Shown: piece by piece, positions 9,120 through 16,914 of the stretch
Layout of the letters: each line of letters opens with the position of its first letter
Position numbering within the stretch: the first letter of the stretch is position 1
Source: a virus
Taxonomy: Duplodnaviria; Heunggongvirae; Uroviricota; Caudoviricetes
DNA: 18,618 bases
Strand: one strand, 5' to 3'
IMG/VR virus record: IMGVR_UViG_2778261163_000001
The notes under the pieces: generated by a model
Told to the model about the DNA's origin: nothing
The model's input: only the letters and a program-made list of their open reading frames with translations
Databases searched by the model: none
Program-made: the position numbers and the translations under genes

Positions 9120-9884
9120 TTAATCAACGATTGTGATACCGTCTTTCAATGCGTTTTGCTTACCTGCAACATCCAGTGCATCAAAAGCAGAGCGTTTCAT
9201 CGTTTTCTGACCAATATCATGCTGTGTCGGACGGGAGCCGCCGCCATTGTTGCCACTGGCTTTCAGGATGTAGTCTTTCTGAGGGTAATTTTCGACAAGG
9301 AACTCCAGCGCCTCATCAAACTGCGCCAGTTCGCCAGGCTTCGCGCGGGAATAAATTTTGTTGCCGGAAGCGTCATAAGCAACGATCCTCCCTTCTTCCA
9401 CTTTGAATGCCTGCCCGAAGCGGGCTTGTAATAAATCTGCCGGGATCGCAATTTTATCGGCAATATATTTTGAACCCGCAAAACTACCGCCAATCATAGA
9501 ATCGTAAAGCTGCTTCTCCAGCATCTGAGAGCGTTGCTTTTCTTCATCTAATTGCTGCTGAAAATTTTTCGTAATTTCTGCCTTAACCTGGTCAACCTGT
9601 CCCGCATCGAGCAGCTTTTTCTGGTCGATTTTTGACAGCATTTCCAGTGCCTCGATCGCCTTCTTCGGGTCTTCGATAGCGGCAAACTTAGCCAGTTTTT
9701 CCTCTGCAGCTTCTTTAGCCAGGCGATGATTTTTTGCCTCGCCATTAAGCTCTGTAATTTTTTTTGTCGCCAGCGGTGCATCGAAGCCAATTTCTTTACC
9801 ATCGTCGTGCACATAAACTGGCAGGCCAGCAGTATCAATTTCTGCGTATTGTTTTCCGTTAATCTCGACCGTTTTCAGTTTCAT
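9120..9884 (-). CDS. scaffolding protein (putative)
   Basis: Likely start ATG at 9884 (MKLKTVEINGKQYAEIDTAGL..., 254 aa; the track ORF is extended upstream). Charged, helical-looking middle region (AKEAAEEKLAKFAAIEDPKKAIEALEMLSKIDQKKL...QQQLDEEKQRSQMLEKQL). Position between the minor head protein and the major capsid gene. Confidence 0.55.
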   Translation of the reverse strand: MKLKTVEINGKQYAEIDTAGLPVYVHDDGKEIGFDAPLATKKITELNGEAKNHRLAKEAAEEKLAKFAAIEDPKKAIEALEMLSKIDQKKLLDAGQVDQVKAEITKNFQQQLDEEKQRSQMLEKQLYDSMIGGSFAGSKYIADKIAIPADLLQARFGQAFKVEEGRIVAYDASGNKIYSRAKPGELAQFDEALEFLVENYPQKDYILKASGNNGGGSRPTQHDIGQKTMKRSAFDALDVAGKQNALKDGITIVD

Positions 9885-9941
9885 ATTAGTACCTGGTTTA
9901 AGTCTTCCGACAGTTACGCTGCTCACCATCCGGATCGCAGC

Positions 9942-9969
9942 AATAAAAAAGGCCACCCGAAGGTAGCCT
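9942..9969 (-). terminator. putative intrinsic terminator between the minor head and scaffold genes
   Basis: Minus strand: AGGCUACC-UUCG-GGUGGCCU (8-bp stem with one G-U pair, UUCG loop) followed by UUUUUAUUG, starting about 20 nt after the minor head protein stop. Confidence 0.5.
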
Positions 9970-9988
9970 GTTGTAATAAATGATTTAT

Positions 9989-11104
9989 TTAAATCCCTGC
10001 TTTTCTGAATACCTGTGCATCACGCTCACGGAGCTGCTTCAGCGTCAGCCATTCGCCTTTATCGGTGTAAAATTCATCTGGCGACATACCACCATCCCGA
10101 ATCAGCTTTGCTCGGGTTTCCCCCACAATCTGTTTTTGTCTGGTGTAAGGCTGACGCAAAAACCATTCCCTGTAGGTTGTATCTCCGGCCACCACGCCAT
10201 CCATGCTGGCCCGCTCAGCCGGGGAAATATCGCGAACATCAATACCCAGTTCCTTCGCTGATTTCAGAATGAACGTTTCCGTTGAGCGGCAGCAGAAATG
10301 AATTTTTCCCGGCCCCTGCAAATAAGGCACGCTGTGACCTATAGGTTTATTATTCAGCGTATATTTGAGGCGATCCCTGATTCGACATTGTGGCGTAGTA
10401 CGATTATCAAGCGTTGATAACCATTGCTTACCCTTAATCAAATCATTATTCGCGCTGGCAAAACTCTCACGGGCAGTAGCAGCAAGATGTCCAACCGCTG
10501 TTTTTGCAATGCTGGCCGCATTAGCCCGGCTCATCTGCAATGCACCATCCTGAAATCCCTTACTGACATGTCCCCGAATTTTTCTTGCGATCTGCTCATT
10601 GGTATCCCCCAGCAAAAAACCCTGACGCACTGTATTTGTTATGCGTCTGAGCCGATCCGCCTCAAGATCTGAGGCCCACTCACTGAGCAGTCGTCCCTGG
10701 AATGGTCGCGCCATTGCAGCGGCATAAAGTGCATCAGGAGAGATACCAACCAGAGGGTGAACATCAGCAACAAAATCAGGTAGCATAGAATCAAACAGAC
10801 TTAACTGATAACCAGCCTCATAAATTGCCAGCTCGTTCAGCTCTCCGGAGAGACTGGTAAACATGCTGTTAATAGCAGTGCGGTTAACCTCTCTGACGCT
10901 CGCCAGAAGTGACTCCAGGCGCTTAACGGTAAAACTACCTGGATCGAGGCTGTCCAGTGCTATCAGCAGGCGAGCAGTAAGTTCCGCATCGCTGTCATTC
11001 AGTATTTTCACCATTCTGGCAGCCACGCCAGTGCTATAGCGGGATATCCAGACTGCATGAGCAATTGATTCATCACGCAGCCGTTCATTCACGGTTTGCA
11101 TCAT
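9989..11104 (-). CDS. phage head morphogenesis / minor head protein (Mu gpF / SPP1 gp7 family)
   Basis: 371-aa ORF directly downstream of the portal gene (20-nt overlap). C-terminal region ...WLSTLDNRTTPQCRIRDRLKYTLNNKPIG...GPGKIHFCCRST fits the conserved core of the Mu-F-like family as I remember it. Confidence 0.65.
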   Translation of the reverse strand: MMQTVNERLRDESIAHAVWISRYSTGVAARMVKILNDSDAELTARLLIALDSLDPGSFTVKRLESLLASVREVNRTAINSMFTSLSGELNELAIYEAGYQLSLFDSMLPDFVADVHPLVGISPDALYAAAMARPFQGRLLSEWASDLEADRLRRITNTVRQGFLLGDTNEQIARKIRGHVSKGFQDGALQMSRANAASIAKTAVGHLAATARESFASANNDLIKGKQWLSTLDNRTTPQCRIRDRLKYTLNNKPIGHSVPYLQGPGKIHFCCRSTETFILKSAKELGIDVRDISPAERASMDGVVAGDTTYREWFLRQPYTRQKQIVGETRAKLIRDGGMSPDEFYTDKGEWLTLKQLRERDAQVFRKAGI

Positions 11105-12491
11105 TGATTTCCATCAGCATTACACTCTGATTTTTTAATTCATCGATCACTTCCTCTGGACGGGAATCCTGATCGATAAATTTCAACGCCTGCAACACCC
11201 GAACCGCATCAATCTGACGTATATCACCGCCCTGACGCAATGACTGAACAGCCAGCGCGGAGGATGAGTCAAACACCTGGGCAGATACATCCAGTTCAGT
11301 GCGCACATCCACATTGCCACCGCAACTCTCTCCGATCCATTCCGCCATTATCTGGAGAATATTATCGAGGGCATCTTCGAGGGAGTTCGCCATTGTATAA
11401 AGCGGCGAGTTTTCCTGCATTCGCTCTTCATTAGTCTGATCAACAGATTTGGTGGATGTATTTTCAGCACGCAGAAGTTTAGCGCCGGCATGACGCATCT
11501 GATTTTCCAGCTTCTCAAGTGATGTTTCGCCAGATTCTATCGCTGCGCCACTATGTTCAACATATTCGAGGCCATTTTTTGTTCTGTCCTCAAAAATCGT
11601 AGCGGTGGATGCACCAACCGTCAGTTCTTCATTCCTGTCCAGCCCGTAGGCCACCAGCAATGGAACGCGGGCAACATGAAGAATATTGTCCTGCTCGCTC
11701 TGGCTTTGCCAGTGCTTGATATTCAGCAAGCCAAGATTAAGCAATGGCGGTGTACCACGCATAAATCCTGTTTTCTTCGTGTACAGTGTTACCAGAGGAA
11801 TATCATCACGGCTGGTATTCCATGACTCATGAAGCGTCCAGACAGATTCGCCATTAGTGCCTTCGCTACGTCGATAAATTTCAACTCGACGGGGCATAAT
11901 ATGGCGGATCTGCTCCACCTTCTTCTGCCCGAAATCATCACCATCAATAATGATGACCTCTTTTATACGCAAATCAGTGAGAACAACTTTCCCTTTTTCA
12001 ACTTTCGATTTCCATCCAATAACCTGGCGTGGATTCAGCATCGTAACGTACGGACGACCACCGGTCGCGTTTTCATCGGCTTTTGTCCGAATCTCTTTCA
12101 TATCCGTTCGTGGATAGTCCACCAGCGCATGTGCCACACCATACTGAAATGCGAGGCTGAAAAATTGCTGCGCCCACACATCCAGTCGGCTCCCCTCCAT
12201 GTCGATATTTTCTGCATATTCCCTGATTTTTGCCGGCGTTTCCTCACTCAATACTGTCGGCTCTGCAAATATGCGCCCAATATTTTGCTTGATGCTTTCT
12301 TCATACACAGGAAGTAGCGTAGCCACAGACAGGCGTTTTTTATAAGCGTCTTCATCTTCGTTAGGCCATTTTGGGAGATAATTTTCCCCCTGCCTGCGCA
12401 TTTCAAGCGTACCGCCCATCAGTGCGTCGTTAATATCCCACGCCTCCAGCATATCGTTATAGTCGAGGTTGGGTGTTGATATATCAGCCAT
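11085..12491 (-). CDS. portal protein
   Basis: 468-aa ORF starting 2 nt after the terS-terL pair ends (TAA-TT-ATG), between terL and the minor head protein, which is the canonical portal position. Acidic, large protein. Confidence 0.75.
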   Translation of the reverse strand: MADISTPNLDYNDMLEAWDINDALMGGTLEMRRQGENYLPKWPNEDEDAYKKRLSVATLLPVYEESIKQNIGRIFAEPTVLSEETPAKIREYAENIDMEGSRLDVWAQQFFSLAFQYGVAHALVDYPRTDMKEIRTKADENATGGRPYVTMLNPRQVIGWKSKVEKGKVVLTDLRIKEVIIIDGDDFGQKKVEQIRHIMPRRVEIYRRSEGTNGESVWTLHESWNTSRDDIPLVTLYTKKTGFMRGTPPLLNLGLLNIKHWQSQSEQDNILHVARVPLLVAYGLDRNEELTVGASTATIFEDRTKNGLEYVEHSGAAIESGETSLEKLENQMRHAGAKLLRAENTSTKSVDQTNEERMQENSPLYTMANSLEDALDNILQIMAEWIGESCGGNVDVRTELDVSAQVFDSSSALAVQSLRQGGDIRQIDAVRVLQALKFIDQDSRPEEVIDELKNQSVMLMEINDANRE

Positions 12492-12493
12492 AA

Positions 12494-13795
12494 TTAAATC
12501 CGAAGTGATGTGACTCTTCCGGTCGGTTTGACAATAGGGAATTGCTTAACGATGAAATAACCTCCGGCATCATTCGGGTGATCATTGCCAGATTTTTTAT
12601 CAGGCTCCCCCTTCTCATCCCAGACCTGTTGCTCCAGAGATTCGGCATATAACGGGCAACGCTTCACATTAACTTTATAGCGACGCTCACCATTGGCATT
12701 GCAGAACATTGCATTCATTGAGTTAACGCGATCTTTTACTGGCGGGTTCGAGCTGTTCACCACAACGTTAAAACCAGCCTGCTTAAGCTGGGCTATATCC
12801 GTCGTACTTGCGTTACTTGATTTTCTGGAATCCCCGGAAGCATCTGGATAAATATAAATTTCCCTCACTTTCCGGTAATCATTCCCATCATACAGCCAGA
12901 AGCGTTCTTTAATGATGCGGATCATATCCGGCGTATCGTAGGCATTGATGATTTCAGTTACCGCACATGGAAGCCCCAAACGCAGCACATGGACGATTCC
13001 CGCCATCTTTCCAACGTTAAAATCCATCCCAATATAAATCGGCTCCCCTGGCTGCTCCACTTCTTCGCAATTATTCAGTTTCCGGTCAAACTGATGGTAA
13101 ACAGTACCACTTGTCAGGTTAGTAAACTGTCCTCGAAGATAGGCTTTAATCAGCTCTGGAGGGTATGATTCAAGAAGCGAAGGAATGTAATCTGCTGGCA
13201 GGTTCTTTTCATTATCGAAAGTAGATGCCTGCACTAGACCATACAGTGAGGCCAGCTCTGTTTTTTCACGCACGGCTTTAACAAACTGCTCGTAGACAAA
13301 TTTGAATCCTTCCGGCGTGGTTGTAACGTCAATACCGTTGCGAAGTCCATCAATCTTATAACGCATACGTGCAATTATCTTGCGCCACGCCGTTCTGGCT
13401 TTTTCCTTCGGCAAAATGTCCAGTTCATCCACCAACGCATTACCAATTTTGAAACCGACGATCGTTTGTGGCTTCTCCATCGATCTGCAGATAGTGGTTC
13501 CCCGATACTGGCGTCCGTAATAAAAGTGAACCTCTTTATTTCCCTCATTAATTTTTACGTTCAATCCCCAGTCAGCAGCAACTTCTTCCACTGTAGGGTA
13601 AAAAATATCGCGAATTTGGGGATACGTTGGCGCAAAATATCCCTGATTTATACCTGGATGCTCCCAAATCCCCTTGCATATGCCGCCACACCCAACCCAT
13701 GTTTTGCCCGAGCCAAAACCAGCAATATAGGCTTTAAATTTATGGGGCATTGAAAGAAATCGCGCCTGAGGCACATTAAGCGTCGGAGAGATCAT
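12494..13795 (-). CDS. terL: terminase large subunit
   Basis: Walker A (YIAGFGSGKTW), Walker B-like (NALVDELD), and C-terminal nuclease-type acidic motifs (IGMDFN, YPDASGD, HPNDAGGYF). Likely start is ATG at 13795 (MISPTL..., 433 aa), 8 nt after AAGGAG; the track's 13804 start is GTG. Confidence 0.9.
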   Translation of the reverse strand: MISPTLNVPQARFLSMPHKFKAYIAGFGSGKTWVGCGGICKGIWEHPGINQGYFAPTYPQIRDIFYPTVEEVAADWGLNVKINEGNKEVHFYYGRQYRGTTICRSMEKPQTIVGFKIGNALVDELDILPKEKARTAWRKIIARMRYKIDGLRNGIDVTTTPEGFKFVYEQFVKAVREKTELASLYGLVQASTFDNEKNLPADYIPSLLESYPPELIKAYLRGQFTNLTSGTVYHQFDRKLNNCEEVEQPGEPIYIGMDFNVGKMAGIVHVLRLGLPCAVTEIINAYDTPDMIRIIKERFWLYDGNDYRKVREIYIYPDASGDSRKSSNASTTDIAQLKQAGFNVVVNSSNPPVKDRVNSMNAMFCNANGERRYKVNVKRCPLYAESLEQQVWDEKGEPDKKSGNDHPNDAGGYFIVKQFPIVKPTGRVTSLRI

Positions 13796-14870
13796 CTTCA
13801 TCACTCCTTACTCTGGCATCAACCACATTAATATTGATCGCCACAGGCTGGGGATGTTCATTATCCTCCACCGTTTCGATCTCTTTGCGCAGCTTCTGGT
13901 TTTCTATTCTGCGCCGTTCAATTTCCAGTTCCTGTAGCCGCTTATCTGCACATAATGCCCCGCCAGCAGAAAGCAAACGCAACAATTCACGCCGGGCGGC
14001 AGCCTTATCCTCCAGCAGGATCTCAACACCGTATTTTCCGAGCTTTGACCCTGCATATAATTGCCGCGCATCCCCATCAAGCAGTGTGGTATCAGCCATA
14101 TAAAGCTGTCCCGTTCCCTCACCGCAGCACTTCGGGCAATCCGGATTGGGTATGGCGTTATCAACAAAGCCGAGGCCTCCATATTCCGGCTCGGGTTTAC
14201 CATCTCTGGAGGCCTGTGCCGCAGCCTTATCGAATTCTGCAATATCACGCCACTGGTAGAGATGATTCTCGCCCCAGCAATAACGGCAGTTAACACGGCG
14301 AAATTGTGCCAACTGATTGGGGTCGGCCTGGACAATGGCCATCAACTGGCTCACCAGTAAATCCAGGTCTGCGGTATAGCGTTTCTGGTACTGATTGCGG
14401 AAGTAGCTGATAGCACGATAAACCCTGGCATTTCTAAGCATACGACTGGCGTTGCTGTTAGCTGTCGCACCTTGCCCCTCATAACCGGCTAGTCGGTACG
14501 CCTCTGTCGGCTTTTTACCCTGAGCAACAAGCATCGCAAACTTAGCCTGCTGGTCAGAAATGCCGAATTCATCGGGACAGAACGAAAATTCCTCCGCGTC
14601 GCCTTCATTCAGGCCCGCATCGAATACTGGCTTTTTTTCCTGAGATTTTTCGTTCCGCTTTTGTGCAGTCTGCGCAGATTTTTTCTGCGCACTTTTTTGC
14701 GCAGTTTTGCGCATTTCTGTCTGCGCATTTTTCGGAGTTTTTTTGATGTAACGACGGGCTGTTGCGTAATTCAGTCCCCTTGCTTCACACCATGCCACCG
14801 GAGATATACCGGAGCGGGTGTATTCAGCAATATACTCCTGCTGCAACGCCCCCCAGTCCGGTCTGCTCAT
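13776..14870 (-). CDS. terS: terminase small subunit (long form, with Cys4 cluster)
   Basis: Immediately upstream of terL and overlapping it. Central segment ...SDQQAKFAMLVAQGKKPTEAYRLAGYEGQGATANSNASRMLRNARVYRAISYF... fits the small-terminase HTH pattern. Also has an N-terminal HTH-like region, a Lys/Gln/Ala-rich linker, and a CxxC...CxxC cluster (CRYCWGENH...CPKCCGEG). Confidence 0.75.
   Translation of the reverse strand: MSRPDWGALQQEYIAEYTRSGISPVAWCEARGLNYATARRYIKKTPKNAQTEMRKTAQKSAQKKSAQTAQKRNEKSQEKKPVFDAGLNEGDAEEFSFCPDEFGISDQQAKFAMLVAQGKKPTEAYRLAGYEGQGATANSNASRMLRNARVYRAISYFRNQYQKRYTADLDLLVSQLMAIVQADPNQLAQFRRVNCRYCWGENHLYQWRDIAEFDKAAAQASRDGKPEPEYGGLGFVDNAIPNPDCPKCCGEGTGQLYMADTTLLDGDARQLYAGSKLGKYGVEILLEDKAAARRELLRLLSAGGALCADKRLQELEIERRRIENQKLRKEIETVEDNEHPQPVAININVVDARVRSDEDDLSDA
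14662..14727. repeat. phased array of palindromic TGCGCA hexamers separated by T-tracts, inside terS; candidate pac / terminase-binding site
   Basis: Five exact TGCGCA copies at 14671, 14686, 14698, 14708 and 14722, plus a TGTGCA variant at 14662, spaced 9-15 bp apart with T-runs between them. They coincide with the AQK-repeat linker of TerS. The repeat itself is read directly; the function is inference. Confidence 0.4.
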
Positions 14871-14873
14871 CAG

Positions 14874-15125
14874 TTAGTCCTGATTTTTATCCACCCTGAG
14901 TAGTTCGCGCAGAGCAAAGGCATCCCCTTTTCTGGCAAGCTTAAACAATGCCGCTCGTAACTCGGCTTCACCTTTCGCTCTGCCCTTACGGATGGCCGCA
15001 TAAAAATCTGTCATTGCTTCCCGATTTTCTTTCAGTCGGTTCAGATCAACATCCAGAACGTCAGCGATTTGTTGTGCAGTCATCCGGCACGCTGCCAGAG
15101 ACTCGACTTTCGAATACGGAATCAT
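14874..15125 (-). CDS. small helix-turn-helix protein, function unknown (possibly packaging-associated)
   Basis: 83-aa ORF, ATG at 15125 preceded by GGGGGTGA. Segment TAQQIADVLDVDLNRLKENRE looks like an HTH. Stops 3 nt before the terS start; overlaps the 3' end of the upstream glycosyltransferase-like gene by about 65 nt. Confidence 0.4.
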   Translation of the reverse strand: MIPYSKVESLAACRMTAQQIADVLDVDLNRLKENREAMTDFYAAIRKGRAKGEAELRAALFKLARKGDAFALRELLRVDKNQD

Positions 15126-15993
15126 TTGTCACCCCCATTGATATGCAGGGTGTCTTCTTCCTGTATTTTTCGTGAAGGATTTTTACTGCAGCGTTGTTCC
15201 AGGTGACCTGATGGTGAATGCGTTTATGGCTGGCACCCATCAGTGAAATTTTTACGCACGACGGCGCATACATGACGGAGTAAAAACTTTTAACGTAGGT
15301 TCCGGAATCCAGATACAGCTCGGTCATTCCGCCGCTGTTTTTCTGCGTCTGTTTCTGCCCTAACTGGACAGCACCGATCGTCATAAACAATTCACCACAG
15401 CGACCGAGATTCGTGTACGTATTCACATCCTCGTTAATGCGCCCCATGAATGAGAACGGTCGATCAACCGAACAGATAAAGCTGTTCATTGCCTTGCGTT
15501 TCACCCACGAAGCATGGCCGCCATTGTCACCAAGAAAATCCCCGCCCTGCGACATAGCGATGGAAAGAGCAGGTATTGATTCGTAGTACGCCAGCATTTC
15601 AGAAAGGATCGCATCCAGTTTCCTTATCGGAAAATAGGCCTGGTCATAGTTGCGATCCACCCGAAACTGGAACTCGTGATAATCATCATCGAGCTGAATG
15701 AAGTATTTACACCCGACCAGTTTTGCCAGGTCGAAACAGGCATTACGGGCGTAAAAAATTGAGCGGCGGTCACAGAAATTATCGGCTTCGTCAAAACGAC
15801 TGGCGATATCGGTTTTGGAAAACACCAGCACCTGTTCACCAAATTCAGCCATGTACTGATGCCGTGTCTTATCTTCATCATCAACAACGATAAAAATTTT
15901 CCCGGTATAGCCAGCACGACGCAACGTTCGGTAAGTCAGAACTTTGTCCGGTCGCCCGTGAGTCAGAATAAAGGCGCAAAAATCATCACGCAT
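15061..15993 (-). CDS. GT-A-fold (GT2-like) glycosyltransferase-like protein, soluble
   Basis: Likely start ATG at 15993, 5 nt after GAGGAGGAGG (310 aa; the track start at 16014 lacks an SD). Motif layout typical of nucleotide-sugar GT-A enzymes: N-terminal strand AFILTHGR, acidic pair after strand 2 (KIFIVVDDED), and a DxD motif in the context ARNACFDLAKLVGCKYFIQLDDDYHEF. No obvious hydrophobic membrane segments. Confidence 0.5.
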   Translation of the reverse strand: MRDDFCAFILTHGRPDKVLTYRTLRRAGYTGKIFIVVDDEDKTRHQYMAEFGEQVLVFSKTDIASRFDEADNFCDRRSIFYARNACFDLAKLVGCKYFIQLDDDYHEFQFRVDRNYDQAYFPIRKLDAILSEMLAYYESIPALSIAMSQGGDFLGDNGGHASWVKRKAMNSFICSVDRPFSFMGRINEDVNTYTNLGRCGELFMTIGAVQLGQKQTQKNSGGMTELYLDSGTYVKSFYSVMYAPSCVKISLMGASHKRIHHQVTWNNAAVKILHEKYRKKTPCISMGVTNDSVFESRVSGSVPDDCTTNR

Positions 15994-16777
15994 ATTCCTC
16001 CTCCTCACCACCATGCATGATCTCCACCATGCGCTGCGTCATCCGGACAAATCCATTTTCAATAGCCTGCTGATAATCAATGATCACCAGCGCCGACTCC
16101 TCGAAAAAACACTGAATTTCAGCGGGGGCGTGAGCGTAATAGTCCGCAATTCTGCTGAAATTAAACACCGTGTGACGTTCTGCCGCACACAGGAGGAATT
16201 TCTCAATATCAGGCTCAAGGGAAGCCGAACGTATCCGGCTGATCAGCTCCTGCGTTTTCGTATCGTCGTACAGTTCACTGATATCCGGTTTACCGCCCGA
16301 CGGCTCATAAACAGGCGTATCAATTTTCGTCGTATACGGCTCCTCCTCATTTCCTGTACCGGGCAAAACATCCGTCAACAGTTCATCAATTTCTGTCGGG
16401 ATGAAGCCTGTCAGGGAGACATCAAAATCAGCATTGATTAGGTCCGACAGCTCCATCCGCAACAGATCTTCATCCCAGCCAGCATTCATCGGCAGGCGAT
16501 TATCTGCCAGGCGGTACGCCTTTTTCTGCTCATCCGTCAGGCCAGACAGAACAATGACCGGAACAGAATCCATTTTGAGCATTTCAGCCGCCATAACACG
16601 ACCGTGACCCGCAATAATTTCGCCCTTTTCGTCAATCAGCACCGGATTAGTCCAGCCGAATTGCTTAATACTTTCTACCAGTTGTGCCACCTGCTCAGGG
16701 CTGTGCGTCCTGGCGTTGTGCGCATACGGTGACAATTCTTGTAATGGGCGATAGACTATCTTTAATTTCTCGCTCAT
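15986..16777 (-). CDS. ParB-like nuclease domain (ParB/Srx fold) protein
   Basis: 263-aa ORF, ATG at 16777 preceded by AAGGA. N-terminal ...FGWTNPVLIDEKGEIIAGHGRVMAAEMLKMDSVPVIVL... carries the GHGR motif characteristic of ParB N-terminal / sulfiredoxin-like domains. Acidic C-terminus. Its stop overlaps the glycosyltransferase-like start (ATGCGTGA). Confidence 0.7.
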   Translation of the reverse strand: MSEKLKIVYRPLQELSPYAHNARTHSPEQVAQLVESIKQFGWTNPVLIDEKGEIIAGHGRVMAAEMLKMDSVPVIVLSGLTDEQKKAYRLADNRLPMNAGWDEDLLRMELSDLINADFDVSLTGFIPTEIDELLTDVLPGTGNEEEPYTTKIDTPVYEPSGGKPDISELYDDTKTQELISRIRSASLEPDIEKFLLCAAERHTVFNFSRIADYYAHAPAEIQCFFEESALVIIDYQQAIENGFVRMTQRMVEIMHGGEEEEYA

Positions 16778-16791
16778 ACATCCTTGCTTTA

Positions 16792-16829
16792 TGAATAAAA
16801 CGCACCCCAGCAGCCAGTGCTACTGGGGG
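16792..16829 (-). terminator. putative intrinsic terminator downstream of trkG
   Basis: Minus strand: CCCCAGUAGC-ACUG-GCUGCUGGGG (10-bp stem with one U-G pair) followed by UGCGUUUUAUU, lying between the trkG stop (16915) and the ParB-like start (16777). Confidence 0.55.
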
Positions 16830-16914
16830 CGGAGGTGTTGCTGGTAAAGTTAGGTATTGGATCAATGAGTGAGTCAACATAATATTAAACTCACAATTAT
16901 AAATCAGCCATATA

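Noticed and set aside
9069-10672. Plus-strand ORFs 9069..9431, 9149..9406, 9726..9983, 9980..10261, 10015..10272, 10365..10553, 10424..10672
   Set aside because: All antisense to the scaffold or minor head genes, with Cys/Arg-rich implausible translations.
11240-14903. Plus-strand ORFs inside portal, terL and terS (e.g. 11829..12317, 13466..13753, 13955..14293, 14661..14903)
   Set aside because: Antisense shadow ORFs within a tightly coupled minus-strand operon.
14874-15125. Treating the 83-aa ORF as the true N-terminus of terS (split gene)
   Set aside because: A TAA stop and a separate SD-ATG for terS lie between them, and terS already has its own N-terminal HTH-like region; kept as a separate small gene at low confidence.
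15061-15993. Interpreting the glycosyltransferase-like protein as a GtrB-type bactoprenol glucosyltransferase for O-antigen serotype conversion
   Set aside because: No C-terminal hydrophobic membrane helices and no adjacent GtrA flippase-like or GtrC-like membrane genes; the neighbours are a ParB-like protein and the terminase genes.
16013-16607. Plus-strand ORFs 16013..16441 and 16401..16607
   Set aside because: Antisense to the ParB-like gene, which has a clear GHGR domain.
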